Assembly: GCA_015522685.1 (NCBI GenBank)
Contig: WALU01000026.1
Coordinates: forward strand, 1-44,525
Direction: 5' to 3'
DNA: 44,525 bases
Origin: Thermoproteota archaeon
Lineage (GTDB): Archaea > Korarchaeota > Korarchaeia > Korarchaeales > Korarchaeaceae
The notes beneath the pieces were generated by a model. It was not told the DNA's origin. It saw only the letters and a list, made by a program, of their open reading frames with translations, and ran no database searches. The position numbers and the translations under genes were made by a program. Shown one piece after another: positions 8,747 through 18,498 of this stretch. How positions within the stretch are numbered: the stretch's first letter is position 1; the number at the start of each line of letters is the position of its first letter.

Positions 8747-10576
8747 TTGAGGAGGGAGAGGGCGGAGGAAAAAATAGCCCTAAAGAGGGATATTGGATTA
8801 TTTGGCTCTTTCTCAATGGGATACGCCGATGTTGGAGCTGACATCTATGTAGCCCTTGGCCTCGTAGCTCTATATTCAGCTGGAGGTTCTCCTCTAGCTT
8901 TCTCCTTAGCGGCAGTACTCTACATTACCACTGGCTTGAGCTATGCAGAGCTGGCATCGACCTACCCCTATGCTGGAGGAGTTCAAGTATACTCAATGAA
9001 GGCATTCAATGACCTAGCTGGCTTCGTCGCTGGATGGATGATGCTCCTCTCTTATACCGTGGACATAACCCTCTTTGCCATGGCCTCAGCTGGATACCTC
9101 AGCTTCTTCATACATGCTATAAGACAATCATCTCAGGTGGGGCCTTTCCGACTAGGGAATCTTATAATATCTACATTGATCATAATCTCCTTTTTAATAA
9201 CAATAAACGTATTGGGGGTTAGGGAGTCATCTACCCTTAATGTGATGATGGTCTTTCCCAGCTTGGCCGTTCAGATGACTATTCTCCTCATGGGGTTCGC
9301 CTTCAACTTCTCCTTTCCCATGTTTCTGAAACAAATTTCCGAAATAGGTTCTCCTAGGTTCTTGGATGTCTCTTACATATCATTCCTAGATCTAAGAGCA
9401 CAGAACTTCATATACGGGGTCACCTTAGCGATGAGTTCCTACGTGGGAATCGCATCAATAGCTCAGGCCGCTGAGGAGACGAAAAAACCATATCGATGGA
9501 TCCCTCTAGCAGCGAAACTGTCAGTTCTTATGGTCCTAATATTCTCGATAGGGCTGTCGGTGCTCAGCATGGGGATGATGAGCTGGCAGGAACTGGCAGG
9601 GAACTTAGGGAGCCCCTTAGTCGCTATGGCCAAGAGAATAGCATATATAGGCAATCCTCTCTCCTATCTAGTTGCATTCACTGGATTTACAGTTAATTTG
9701 GCCTCAGCTAATACTGGGGTAATAGGGGTTTCTAGAATAGTTTTCTCAATGGCAAAGTATAACCAGATGCCAGGATGGTTCAACCAAATTCATAGCAAGT
9801 TCAGAACGCCGACCAGGTCAATTCTATTCTTCGGGGCAATTGGTATGATTCTAACATTCTTGGGAGGCTTAGAGAAGGTAGCTGATCTCTATACATTCGC
9901 TGCGCTCATAACCTACATCTTTGTAAACCTAGCGATATTTAGGCTGAGGAAAATAGATATGGAAGCATATAGGCCTTGGAAGGGTCCTAGTATAAGGAGC
10001 GTGCCACTAACAGGATTTATTGGCGGAGCAGCGGCACTCACAATACTCATCCTAATGATAATTTTTCATCCCATTGGTAGATCTTTAGGTACCTTCTGGC
10101 TGATCTTTGGCTTGGTCCTCTATGCTACATACAGGAAAGCGAAAGGACTGCCTGTCACTGGTAGAATTTACGCTGATGAAGTGAAGCCAGCAGCATATAA
10201 GATAGAGGTTCTGGCCATGGTTCCCTATGAGATACCATCCAGTATAGCAGCAGATGTATTACAGAGTTACTTCGACAGGAGACACCGTCTCTTCCTAGCT
10301 GATTTAATCTCCGCGAGAGATATGAATGAGTTTAGAGAATTAGAGTCGCTATCTATGTCGCATCTAGAGGAAGTTGCTTCAATTCTGAGGAAGGAAAGAT
10401 ATGAAGTCACTACGTTCATCATTAGAGGAGGAGAAAGAGCTCTCGCTGAAGAGGCAGAACCCTACGATTTCGTCGCGATATTCTGGAGGGGAAGGTTAAA
10501 AGGTAAGATCCTCCAAATCTCAAAAATGCTCAGCGATAGATTGAAGGGTAGACTTGTCATGCTTAGAGTGAGGTGA
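8747..10576 (+). CDS. APC-family amino acid permease with C-terminal USP-like soluble domain
   Basis: LKRDIG, SYAELASTYPYAGG, AAEETKKP, SRIVFSMA and HSKFRTP motifs, about 12 hydrophobic segments and a soluble alpha/beta tail. Confidence 0.88.
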   Translation: MRRERAEEKIALKRDIGLFGSFSMGYADVGADIYVALGLVALYSAGGSPLAFSLAAVLYITTGLSYAELASTYPYAGGVQVYSMKAFNDLAGFVAGWMMLLSYTVDITLFAMASAGYLSFFIHAIRQSSQVGPFRLGNLIISTLIIISFLITINVLGVRESSTLNVMMVFPSLAVQMTILLMGFAFNFSFPMFLKQISEIGSPRFLDVSYISFLDLRAQNFIYGVTLAMSSYVGIASIAQAAEETKKPYRWIPLAAKLSVLMVLIFSIGLSVLSMGMMSWQELAGNLGSPLVAMAKRIAYIGNPLSYLVAFTGFTVNLASANTGVIGVSRIVFSMAKYNQMPGWFNQIHSKFRTPTRSILFFGAIGMILTFLGGLEKVADLYTFAALITYIFVNLAIFRLRKIDMEAYRPWKGPSIRSVPLTGFIGGAAALTILILMIIFHPIGRSLGTFWLIFGLVLYATYRKAKGLPVTGRIYADEVKPAAYKIEVLAMVPYEIPSSIAADVLQSYFDRRHRLFLADLISARDMNEFRELESLSMSHLEEVASILRKERYEVTTFIIRGGERALAEEAEPYDFVAIFWRGRLKGKILQISKMLSDRLKGRLVMLRVR

Positions 10577-10577
10577 G

Positions 10578-10841
10578 ATGATGACTGTGCTCGTGATCGT
10601 GAGCATAAGAGTCGTGAGCAAGATGCTCGACAAGGTAACGGAATCTCTAAAGAAGTACCCGGAGATAATAGACCTCTACGAGGTTACTGGAGAATTTGAT
10701 GTTGTCGCCATGATTGAAGCTGAGAACGCGGTTGAGTTCAGGAAGTTCCTCAAGGATAAACTTCTCAAGGTGGAGGGAATTGAAACGACCCACTCAGTAG
10801 TCGTCCTGTATACTCATAAGAGAGGAGGTAAGCTAATTTAA
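10578..10841 (+). CDS. Stand-alone Lrp/AsnC ligand-binding (RAM) domain protein
   Basis: YEVTGEFDVVAMI and GIETTHS motifs, 87 aa, no HTH. Confidence 0.88.
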   Translation: MMTVLVIVSIRVVSKMLDKVTESLKKYPEIIDLYEVTGEFDVVAMIEAENAVEFRKFLKDKLLKVEGIETTHSVVVLYTHKRGGKLI

Positions 10842-11297
10842 TTAGCACCTAGCCTTGAGCCTCTGAGTAACCACAGCCGGGCATATCCTAGTGACTCCTC
10901 TCATCTTTGATATTTCCTCTATTATTGAATCCATCTCCTCCTCATTTCTAGCCCATATCTCTAGCATGATCGAGTGATCTCCAGCTGTTATCCAGGAAGA
11001 CTTAGCATAACTCTTGCCTGCTAATTCCCTAGCTACCCTGATCAGATCCCCTGGCTCGACATCCACTCCAGTTAGAGAGACTACATTGTAGCCTAGGGCC
11101 TTTGGATCTACCTTGACAGTATATCCCTTTATGATTCTAGCATCTTCAAGTTTCTTTATCCTCTTCCTTATAGCAACATCGCTTATACCAAGCTTACTGC
11201 CTAGTTCCTTTAGAGAGATCCTTCCATTCTCTATCAAGAAGTTGAGGATCTCTCTATCTTTATTGTCTATTCGAACTTCTAATCTTCTGGTTACCAT
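10842..11297 (-). CDS. Lrp/AsnC-family transcriptional regulator
   Basis: IDNKDREILNFL..NGRISLKELG..LGISDVAIRKRIKKLE HTH followed by a RAM domain. Confidence 0.92.
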   Translation of the reverse strand: MVTRRLEVRIDNKDREILNFLIENGRISLKELGSKLGISDVAIRKRIKKLEDARIIKGYTVKVDPKALGYNVVSLTGVDVEPGDLIRVARELAGKSYAKSSWITAGDHSIMLEIWARNEEEMDSIIEEISKMRGVTRICPAVVTQRLKARC

Positions 11298-11678
11298 AAT
11301 ATCTCAAATATAAGGGAGATAAAACATTAAAAAAGAAAGGGACTACATCATGATTACTTGACTACCATTACGATACTTTAGTCTCCTTTAAGTTTCCCAT
11401 GTGTATACAAGTTGTAGTAGTCTACAACTCATAGCTCTGAACTCTTTTTCATCTTTATCTTGGAGGATGACCTTAAGCTCTCGTAGATAGAACCATATCG
11501 AAGGTCTCTACGTGGATCGATTGTAAGTTCTCCTCTCTTCTCTTCCTCAATAGATACCCGAACCTATTTTACGGCTACTCTCACTGTATGAAAGATGTGG
11601 GAAAATGGAAGTAGTAAAGAGTATATTTGAATTAGAGGTAATCTATCAGGTGGTAAGATTAGCTCGCAGAATGACCTG

Positions 11679-12416
11679 ATGGTAATCCTAAGCTCCCTTC
11701 CACCGGATGTCTTAAAAGAAAATGGGAGTGTTAGGTCAGATCCACTAGTTTTAGGTTCTATTACCTTGGTAGGCCTTAAGCAGGATGAGCTAACAGCCAG
11801 TGACAGGAGGCTCAAAAGAGCTGGAGTCTTCGAGGTTCCTCAGGGATCTATTCTTGCTCTGCTTGCTCCAACAAGGGGAGGCCTCGCCAGGCTCGTCTCG
11901 ATAGGTAGAGTCTTGCTAACAGCTACGAAGCTAAGCGATGCCTACTCTTCATATAACTCACCTGAGTACGAATCTATTAGGGAATCAGACAAATCTCTGA
12001 GGAAACTCTTGAAGATAAATAATATCATAACTCCTTTGGAGAGGATAAAGGATGGCTACTTTATAATGGCTGAGAATGTGCTTAGACTAGGGATCCTTTA
12101 TCCTGGGATGGGAGAGTTTCCAGATGAAGGTTACTTGATCACAGAACGTTGGCTAGAGCTTGCAGGCCTAAAGGGTGGGATTTCAGGTCTATGGGGAAGG
12201 ACTTGGGGAAGACTCTTCGTTCTGGATCCTAGTGAAGGATTGACCCTTATGCTCGGCCTCCTCGCATCATCTCCAACATTTGAGGAGCTGATAACTGAAG
12301 GAGATGTGAGGGCTCTCGATGGAATGAGTCAGAGGGAGATATTTCAGCATTTCCTCGAGGGCGAGATTAAGAGATTGAAGTACTTAGGATGGCACCTAAT
12401 GGGCAATCGAAGATGA
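11679..12416 (+). CDS. Hypothetical protein
   Basis: 245-aa ORF with typical composition, on the same strand upstream of lplA. No motif recognised. Confidence 0.6.
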   Translation: MVILSSLPPDVLKENGSVRSDPLVLGSITLVGLKQDELTASDRRLKRAGVFEVPQGSILALLAPTRGGLARLVSIGRVLLTATKLSDAYSSYNSPEYESIRESDKSLRKLLKINNIITPLERIKDGYFIMAENVLRLGILYPGMGEFPDEGYLITERWLELAGLKGGISGLWGRTWGRLFVLDPSEGLTLMLGLLASSPTFEELITEGDVRALDGMSQREIFQHFLEGEIKRLKYLGWHLMGNRR

Positions 12417-12460
12417 TGGGTAGGATATGATGTATGTAATGTAAAGATCGATTGGAGAGA

Positions 12461-12497
12461 TGAAGAACCTTGAAAGGAAATATAGAAGTAAGAGGTG
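12461..12497 (+). repeat. 37-bp exact direct repeat, copy 1 (includes the lplA GTG start)
   Basis: tgaagaaccttgaaaggaaatatagaagtaagaggtg, identical to 13183-13219. Confidence 0.9.
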
Positions 12498-13235
12498 AGC
12501 GAAGTGAAATGGAGATTGCTCCTAATTGATGGAGATGCGGCCTTCAATATGGCCCTCGATGAGACTCTCCTCCTCTCAGGGAAGCCTACTCTTAGAGTTT
12601 ATAGGTTCAGGCCCAGTGCAGTTACCATAGGATACTTTCAGAATATAAAGAGCTCTGTTGATTTAGAGGAGATAGAGAGGAGGGGAATTGATTTAGTGAG
12701 GAGACTTACAGGGGGAGGCGCGGTTTATCATGATGAGAGAGGTGAGGTCACCTATTCTGTAACAGGCCCCATAGATTTGTTCTCGAAGAGTGTTGAGGAA
12801 AGCATAAGGATCATATGTAAAGGCGTGGTCAACGCTATAAGGAGGTTAGGGCTCAACCCAGAGTTCATCCCTATAAATGACGTAGTAGTAAGTGGCAAGA
12901 AGGTTTCTGGAAGCGCTCAAACTAGAGAAGGCAACTTCCTGCTCCAACATGGAACTCTCATGTATGATACAGATTTAGAGGTACTAACTCGATTTATAAG
13001 GCCACCTAAGCAGAAATTGGAGGATAAAGGAATAAAGAATATTTTAGCTAGAGTAACCACCCTATCAAGGGAGCTGGGGAGGGAATTGAGCTTTCAAGAG
13101 GTCAGAGGCTCTATAATAGAAGGATTTAGCTTCTTAGGCGAATTGGAAGAGGGAAAAATCAATGAAAAGGAATGGAAAATGCTGAAGAACCTTGAAAGGA
13201 AATATAGAAGTAAGAGGTGGAATTTCAAGAGATGA
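12495..13235 (+). CDS. lplA: Lipoate-protein ligase A, catalytic N-terminal subunit
   Basis: NMALDE, VTIGYFQ, VRRLTGGGAVYHD, NDVVVSGKKVSGSAQ and QHGTL motifs. Confidence 0.92.
   Translation: MSEVKWRLLLIDGDAAFNMALDETLLLSGKPTLRVYRFRPSAVTIGYFQNIKSSVDLEEIERRGIDLVRRLTGGGAVYHDERGEVTYSVTGPIDLFSKSVEESIRIICKGVVNAIRRLGLNPEFIPINDVVVSGKKVSGSAQTREGNFLLQHGTLMYDTDLEVLTRFIRPPKQKLEDKGIKNILARVTTLSRELGRELSFQEVRGSIIEGFSFLGELEEGKINEKEWKMLKNLERKYRSKRWNFKR
13183..13219 (+). repeat. 37-bp exact direct repeat, copy 2 (within the 3' end of lplA)
   Basis: Identical to 12461-12497. Confidence 0.9.
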
Positions 13236-13528
13236 TATCAAAGGTAGTGAGATCTAAGGCCGGCAAGACCCTCCAGATAAGCCTTTCCCTAAAGAAAGGT
13301 GACAGGATAGAGAAGATAATCATAGCAGGGGACTTCATAGCTATCCCTTCTAGCGCTATAGACAGGCTGGAGGAATCTCTAACCAACACAAGTGAAGAAG
13401 ATGTAGATATAAAGATCAGGGAAGGATTAGAAGGAGTGTACCTAGTCGGAGTAACTGAAGATGATATGATCTCCCTGATTAGGGAGTTAATTTTATCTCT
13501 CCGATCTTACGGCCCCCAGCGTTCTTGA
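13232..13528 (+). CDS. Lipoate-protein ligase C-terminal accessory subunit (LplB-like)
   Basis: ATGA overlap with the lplA stop, and KAGKTLQI...IIIAGDFIAIP...IDRLEESL motif. Confidence 0.8.
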   Translation: MISKVVRSKAGKTLQISLSLKKGDRIEKIIIAGDFIAIPSSAIDRLEESLTNTSEEDVDIKIREGLEGVYLVGVTEDDMISLIRELILSLRSYGPQRS

Positions 13529-14141
13529 TTATAAGATCGGCAGCTAGGTTTACAGCTCCTTTAACCCTCGGTTCCTCCACCCCCGGAACTCCCGCCCCCA
13601 AGATCAGCAGCTTCCTAGTATCTTCTCTTATCTTAGTTTTTCTAGAATCTCTATGAGGATAGAGGAAGAGTACTTCCTCTTCGTCAGCTAGGACTGGCTC
13701 TCCACCCTTCATACGATCCTCACCTCCTCCTATTGGATGGAAAAGCTCGCAGCACCTAGCTAACCGAAGAACTATTTTCCTATTTACTCTACCTAAGTCG
13801 TAGAGACCTATTGGAACTAGAGACAAGGCGCTTGCTACATTTCCAGCGTCAACGACATTGTTGATCCTCGGAAAGCTGCCTTCTCTCAGGACCCTCCTTA
13901 CCATTGCCTCACTGCTTGGTCTTACTTTCGTCGGGTCTATTCCTATTCTCCAATAAAATTCTCTATAAGCCCTTATGACTGAATTCTCCTTTAACTTCTC
14001 CAACGTATATCTTGATCTCAGCTCCTCCAAGGCATCTTTCATGTAACCATTCTTAGTGAGATTTACATTTACTCCTTCCACCTCTAAGTAAGAGATGAAT
14101 ATTCCGAGAGCTGCAGCTTCATCTTCTATAGAGATTTCCAT
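13479..14141 (-). CDS. Stand-alone B3/B4 (PheRS-beta editing-like) domain protein
   Basis: RAYREFYWRIGIDPTKVRPSSEAMVRR, INNVVDAGN, PIGLYDL and RDSRKT motifs. Confidence 0.88.
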   Translation of the reverse strand: MEISIEDEAAALGIFISYLEVEGVNVNLTKNGYMKDALEELRSRYTLEKLKENSVIRAYREFYWRIGIDPTKVRPSSEAMVRRVLREGSFPRINNVVDAGNVASALSLVPIGLYDLGRVNRKIVLRLARCCELFHPIGGGEDRMKGGEPVLADEEEVLFLYPHRDSRKTKIREDTRKLLILGAGVPGVEEPRVKGAVNLAADLIIKNAGGRKIGEIKLTP

Positions 14142-16795
14142 GGATTCATCACTTCCCTCCTCTTTTCCTTCCTCCTACTTAATGCTCTCCTAACCTTGAC
14201 TATGGTCAGTATCATGGCAGCTATTAAGAGAGGCAATAAAAAATTCAGCCCTAAATGAAAGTTTCCTATCATGCTTTCAAGCTTTTCAGCCCAGCCTTGA
14301 TCTTTTTTCACAGTTATGTTCGCTTTAGCTTCTCCACCAACCTTGGATTCAACCTTTAGCGGTTTCGCCTCTAGAGATATGCTGGCTACGGCGCTATTAT
14401 TTGCTCTATCTACTCCTCTTACATTTATCTTCATGGTACCAGGTTTTCTCGCCTTTATTCTAGCTACCTTCGGACCTAAGGTCTCAAATATTCCATCTCC
14501 ATTCAGATCCCAGTAGAGCTTAACAGCATCGCTTCGGACGGTAATTGTTGCTATTTCTCCGACCTCAAGTTCCGATTTATCAGAGCTTATGTTGATATGA
14601 GGAGGCGTGTTATCTATCTCGACCTGAGAGTAGGCTGTAACATTACCCGATTGAAGTTTCAGCTCATAGATACCATCTTCTAGGGAAGTAACGTTCCAAA
14701 TAAGAGATCCATTTCCATCTATTTCCCTTAACAGGCTCCAACCAGCTTTGTTTCCATAATAAAGGGTTGCATTTCCCACTCCTACTAAAATCCAGCTCAG
14801 GTTAGTCGACCTCGATACAGGTTTCTGAGACGTGAATAGAGTAAGCTGAACATCTCCTTGCTTCACGGCATTTTCCATTCTTCCTTTCTCTATTTTATAT
14901 CTCATGATCATCTCTTCCTTATTCCCTCTTGAATCCTCTAAGATGAACTTAAAGTAGTGATATCCACTAATCATCTTCACTATTGGAGTTGGATCTATTA
15001 TGACCTTCGAGGTCTTCCAAACTCTCCTCCTATTAATTATTCTGACCCACTGTCCTCCCGAACCGGTTCCATGATAAGCAGTCAGGAAGGCATATTCATT
15101 GATTGGAATTATAATTCTCACAGTTATATTGTTTCCTGGGCCTATTTCAGACCAATTTCTCGGTTCTATCTCCATATGAGGGGCTTTCACATCGACCCTC
15201 AGCTTTAGAATAACGGAAGACTCCCTCAGACCATCTGAAGCCTCTATCTTAACCTCACCGGCAGAGGGAATGCCTAGTTTGGTGATGTCGCCAGAGCTTA
15301 TATTTTTAGACCATTCCTCGATCCAATCTCCGCTAACCAGTCTGTAGATATAGGTGCTTATGATAGGTGAGGAGTCATCACTCACTTTGAAGTTAAGATT
15401 GAACCTCCTTCCCACGGTTGTGTAGTTCTCTGGACTCAGTACTTTAATAAGAGGAGGTTTGTTGCCATTGTTTATCTCATCTACGAGAGCGACCCTGCTA
15501 GCCTCCAGATATGCGCTTATACCTAGCATCACTTCGAGAAGACCATCATTATCGAAGTCCACAAGCAATGGTGAGGTCGTCCCTATATATCTTACATACG
15601 TCTGGAGATGCATCTCCCCACCTGAGACCCATCTGGTCGGGTCCCTGAGGTGAACCTTCCATTCCTTCTCTCCCTTCCCTGAGAAGATGCGCAGGTAACG
15701 GCCAGAGGTAACGACAATATCAGGAAGCATATCTCCATCAACATCTCCCAATGCTGGTGTATAGAATGGGTTGTTCACCTTAGTTGACCAGAGAACCTTT
15801 TCTAAGGACCTAGCGACTAAAGAGCCATCGTCAGTAATATAAACTAGATCAATTCTCCCATCTCCATCCAAATCGCCAGCTGCAGGTAAAGTAACTACTC
15901 CATTTACTCTTAGTAGGAGCTTATCGCCACTCACTACTGTGAGCATCCTTCCATTAAGACAGGCGACATCATCAAAACCATCTCCGTTGAAATCAGCAAG
16001 CACAGGTTTAGAGCTGCAGCCATAAGATGAATAGATATGTATCCTACTCTCTGGCCTCCAAGTTAGGATATCGTTGCTCGTCGTTATAACAAGTTCCTTT
16101 CTTCCATCTCCATCCAGATCGCCGTAAGCAAATCCCTTGGGTGCTTGATCAACTATAATCTCATTTGGTTGACTTGAGGGATTGTCTAGGTATAGAATAT
16201 GTCCATCCATGTACCATACGATCTCATCGTAACCATCTCTATCGAAATCCGCAACTATTGGAGCAGGGGGTTCTATAGATGAAGGGAAATCTGATCTGTA
16301 ATCCAGCCAGGTGAATCTCTGCTCTTCTCCCTCCTGGCTCGCTCTAGATACTCTCTTCACTGAGAACCATTTGACGCCTCCATTGTCAAATATCAGGGCA
16401 GAGGACATGACCCGATCTCGGGGCTTCCAGCAGACAGCTAGAAGCATCTCTCCCTTATTCGTCGAAGCATGAGCTACCTTAACTACCCTGCCAACACAAG
16501 CATTGATTATCCTTACAACCTTTAAAGAGCTTAGATAGTAAATTATCCCTTTAGAGGTCACGACTATGACTAGATTCCTACCTCTTGATTTTATGACTGA
16601 GAGTTCACTGATCTCCCCCGAGATCGGTTGTTTGAAGAAGAGAAGATTACTTTCATTCTTTAGAAGTCCTCTTCCGCTGTAGAAGTTGGTATTTGTATTT
16701 ATCTCATCACTTAAGGGTAAAGCAGCAGCTGCGGTCATGGAGAGAGCTAAGAGGAGTATAAGTGGCCAGATCCTGTGCATCCAGAATCTCTCCAT
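14126..16795 (-). CDS. Secreted, C-terminally membrane-anchored FG-GAP/VCBS-repeat protein with Ig-like domains
   Basis: Signal peptide, six DxDxDG Ca-binding repeats (ADFDRDGYDE, GDLDGDGRKE, ADFNGDGFDD and others), DNTPP and WDLNGDG Ig/PKD-like motifs, and a C-terminal TM helix with a basic tail. Confidence 0.85.
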   Translation of the reverse strand: MERFWMHRIWPLILLLALSMTAAAALPLSDEINTNTNFYSGRGLLKNESNLLFFKQPISGEISELSVIKSRGRNLVIVVTSKGIIYYLSSLKVVRIINACVGRVVKVAHASTNKGEMLLAVCWKPRDRVMSSALIFDNGGVKWFSVKRVSRASQEGEEQRFTWLDYRSDFPSSIEPPAPIVADFDRDGYDEIVWYMDGHILYLDNPSSQPNEIIVDQAPKGFAYGDLDGDGRKELVITTSNDILTWRPESRIHIYSSYGCSSKPVLADFNGDGFDDVACLNGRMLTVVSGDKLLLRVNGVVTLPAAGDLDGDGRIDLVYITDDGSLVARSLEKVLWSTKVNNPFYTPALGDVDGDMLPDIVVTSGRYLRIFSGKGEKEWKVHLRDPTRWVSGGEMHLQTYVRYIGTTSPLLVDFDNDGLLEVMLGISAYLEASRVALVDEINNGNKPPLIKVLSPENYTTVGRRFNLNFKVSDDSSPIISTYIYRLVSGDWIEEWSKNISSGDITKLGIPSAGEVKIEASDGLRESSVILKLRVDVKAPHMEIEPRNWSEIGPGNNITVRIIIPINEYAFLTAYHGTGSGGQWVRIINRRRVWKTSKVIIDPTPIVKMISGYHYFKFILEDSRGNKEEMIMRYKIEKGRMENAVKQGDVQLTLFTSQKPVSRSTNLSWILVGVGNATLYYGNKAGWSLLREIDGNGSLIWNVTSLEDGIYELKLQSGNVTAYSQVEIDNTPPHINISSDKSELEVGEIATITVRSDAVKLYWDLNGDGIFETLGPKVARIKARKPGTMKINVRGVDRANNSAVASISLEAKPLKVESKVGGEAKANITVKKDQGWAEKLESMIGNFHLGLNFLLPLLIAAMILTIVKVRRALSRRKEKRREVMNPWKSL

Positions 16796-16846
16796 GTAAA
16801 AGAAAAATAACCATGCCTCGAAATGTAATGCGCACCTATTCCGGAG

Positions 16847-17791
16847 CTATGATCCCATCTCTATGGCTAGAGTTGCGACCTTGCCACCTGTAAAAACCCT
16901 TGAAAAGCCATTAAGCTGTATGATGTAGCCTCTCTTGGGAGATCTAGCGTCTCCCACCACGTCACCGAGGAGATTCCTGATTATTGTTAGGACTTGACCT
17001 TCCTCAACCTCATCTCCTAGCCCTACCTTATAATCCAAGAGCCCGGGAACTTCACTCAAAACTCTCATTCTCTTTAGATTCTTACCTTTGATAGCTGGAA
17101 AGAAATTTATCTTCTCCTCTTTTCCATTGACCATATTTAGCTGTATGAGTATGTTCTTGATTGCAATGAAACCGGCTTTTGCTCCAAGTTTGTCTATCCC
17201 TATTAGGCCAGGAAGCTCTATTGTAAGGGCGGGCACGTTGCTTCTAACGGCCATGCCTGTCAATGACATATCCAGTCCTATTCTGGAGTAGAGATCAGAA
17301 TCGTAGTTATAGATGGGGGTTAGGCCACTAGATATCGCCACTTCCCGAATAAAATCTCTTATTGAGGAACCTGCAGGATGTATGAGAATGAAAGGTATGC
17401 AGGCGCCTGCTGTGTGAAGATCTAAAATAAAATTCGATTTGGAAGCAATTTTCCAGACCTCTGCCACCACTCTATCTGGAAGAGATCCTTTTATATCTCC
17501 AGGGAACATCCTATTTAGATCTAAGGCTGAATAAGGAAATCCTCTGATAGCATAGTTAAAGGAATCAGCGTTCACTAAGGAGACTATGGTTATTAATCCC
17601 CTCAGCTCACTTCTTTTCAGGTGATCCAAGAGGTACCAGATAGACTTATGGCCAGTTATCTCGTTACCATGAACAGTCATCGAGATAAAGAGACTCGGTC
17701 CTTTATCTCCACAAATCCTAATTATAGGCAGGGAGACTCTGGAACCATCTGGCCTGAATCCAACGACTACATTTTTCTTCTCCATCTTCAT
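16847..17791 (-). CDS. Succinylglutamate desuccinylase/aspartoacylase (M14) family metallohydrolase
   Basis: HGNE, DLNRMFPG, LDLHT and TIELPG motifs plus a C-terminal biotinyl-like domain. The start is moved to ATG 17791 to avoid overlapping the divergent gene. Confidence 0.85.
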   Translation of the reverse strand: MKMEKKNVVVGFRPDGSRVSLPIIRICGDKGPSLFISMTVHGNEITGHKSIWYLLDHLKRSELRGLITIVSLVNADSFNYAIRGFPYSALDLNRMFPGDIKGSLPDRVVAEVWKIASKSNFILDLHTAGACIPFILIHPAGSSIRDFIREVAISSGLTPIYNYDSDLYSRIGLDMSLTGMAVRSNVPALTIELPGLIGIDKLGAKAGFIAIKNILIQLNMVNGKEEKINFFPAIKGKNLKRMRVLSEVPGLLDYKVGLGDEVEEGQVLTIIRNLLGDVVGDARSPKRGYIIQLNGFSRVFTGGKVATLAIEMGS

Positions 17792-17855
17792 ACTGAAGGA
17801 TTGTAATTCTATGTAAAATAATTTAGTGGTAGAGTAGTAGAGGAAGTCGATCCAT

Positions 17856-18308
17856 ATGGTTACAGAGAGAAGCATTGATGGAGCTGTGGTATCCGATTAC
17901 ATAAGAGTGAAGAAAATGCCCGGTTTCGCATGTACCTTATGTGGAGACTGCTGCCGCAACAGAATGATTCCCCTGTATAAAGAGGATGTCGAGAGGCTTG
18001 AATCAGCAGGATATATGGACTTCTATGAGCCTACCACGAAGATGGAATTTGAATTGACAGGTGCTCCCTATAAGATGAAGCTCAAGGAGGATGGATCATG
18101 CATCTTCCTAGAAGGTAACTTATGCTCTGTGTATGAACTCAGGCCAGATACCTGCAGGCGCTATCCCTTTATCATTGGAGAAGATTTCATCCTCGTATCT
18201 CTATCATGCCCTGGAATTAAGTGGGATGAGGAAGGAAATCCGGAGCCTTATAGAAAAGCCTCAGAGAGGATAGCCAGCAGAATCGGAACACTAATAGATG
18301 ATCATTGA
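17856..18308 (+). CDS. YkgJ-family cysteine-cluster (Zn/Fe) protein
   Basis: CTLCGDCC, CIFL...CSVYELRPDTCRRYPF and CPG motifs. The true start may be ATG 17916. Confidence 0.85.
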   Translation: MVTERSIDGAVVSDYIRVKKMPGFACTLCGDCCRNRMIPLYKEDVERLESAGYMDFYEPTTKMEFELTGAPYKMKLKEDGSCIFLEGNLCSVYELRPDTCRRYPFIIGEDFILVSLSCPGIKWDEEGNPEPYRKASERIASRIGTLIDDH

Positions 18309-18498
18309 TTCGGTTAAAGAGGATATTTCAATAAGAGTAGGCATCTTCCATGTTGAAAAAGTCTTTTTATTATTCTTAGGCTCTTGAGAGAAATATACTA
18401 ACCCTTGTTAGTTAATAAGAAGTTCTTCATCATACAAATCTTCATTAATTTCGAGAACTATTAGCATTATCATCTTTAAAGAAGAAGAGAGTAGTCAA

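Noticed and set aside
11595-11678. In-frame ATG...TGA upstream of ORF 11679, suggesting selenocysteine or read-through
   Set aside because: No redox motif context and no SECIS-like structure seen, so chance is more likely.
12461-13219. 37-bp repeat as a CRISPR array
   Set aside because: There are only two copies 722 bp apart, one is coding, and no cas genes are present.
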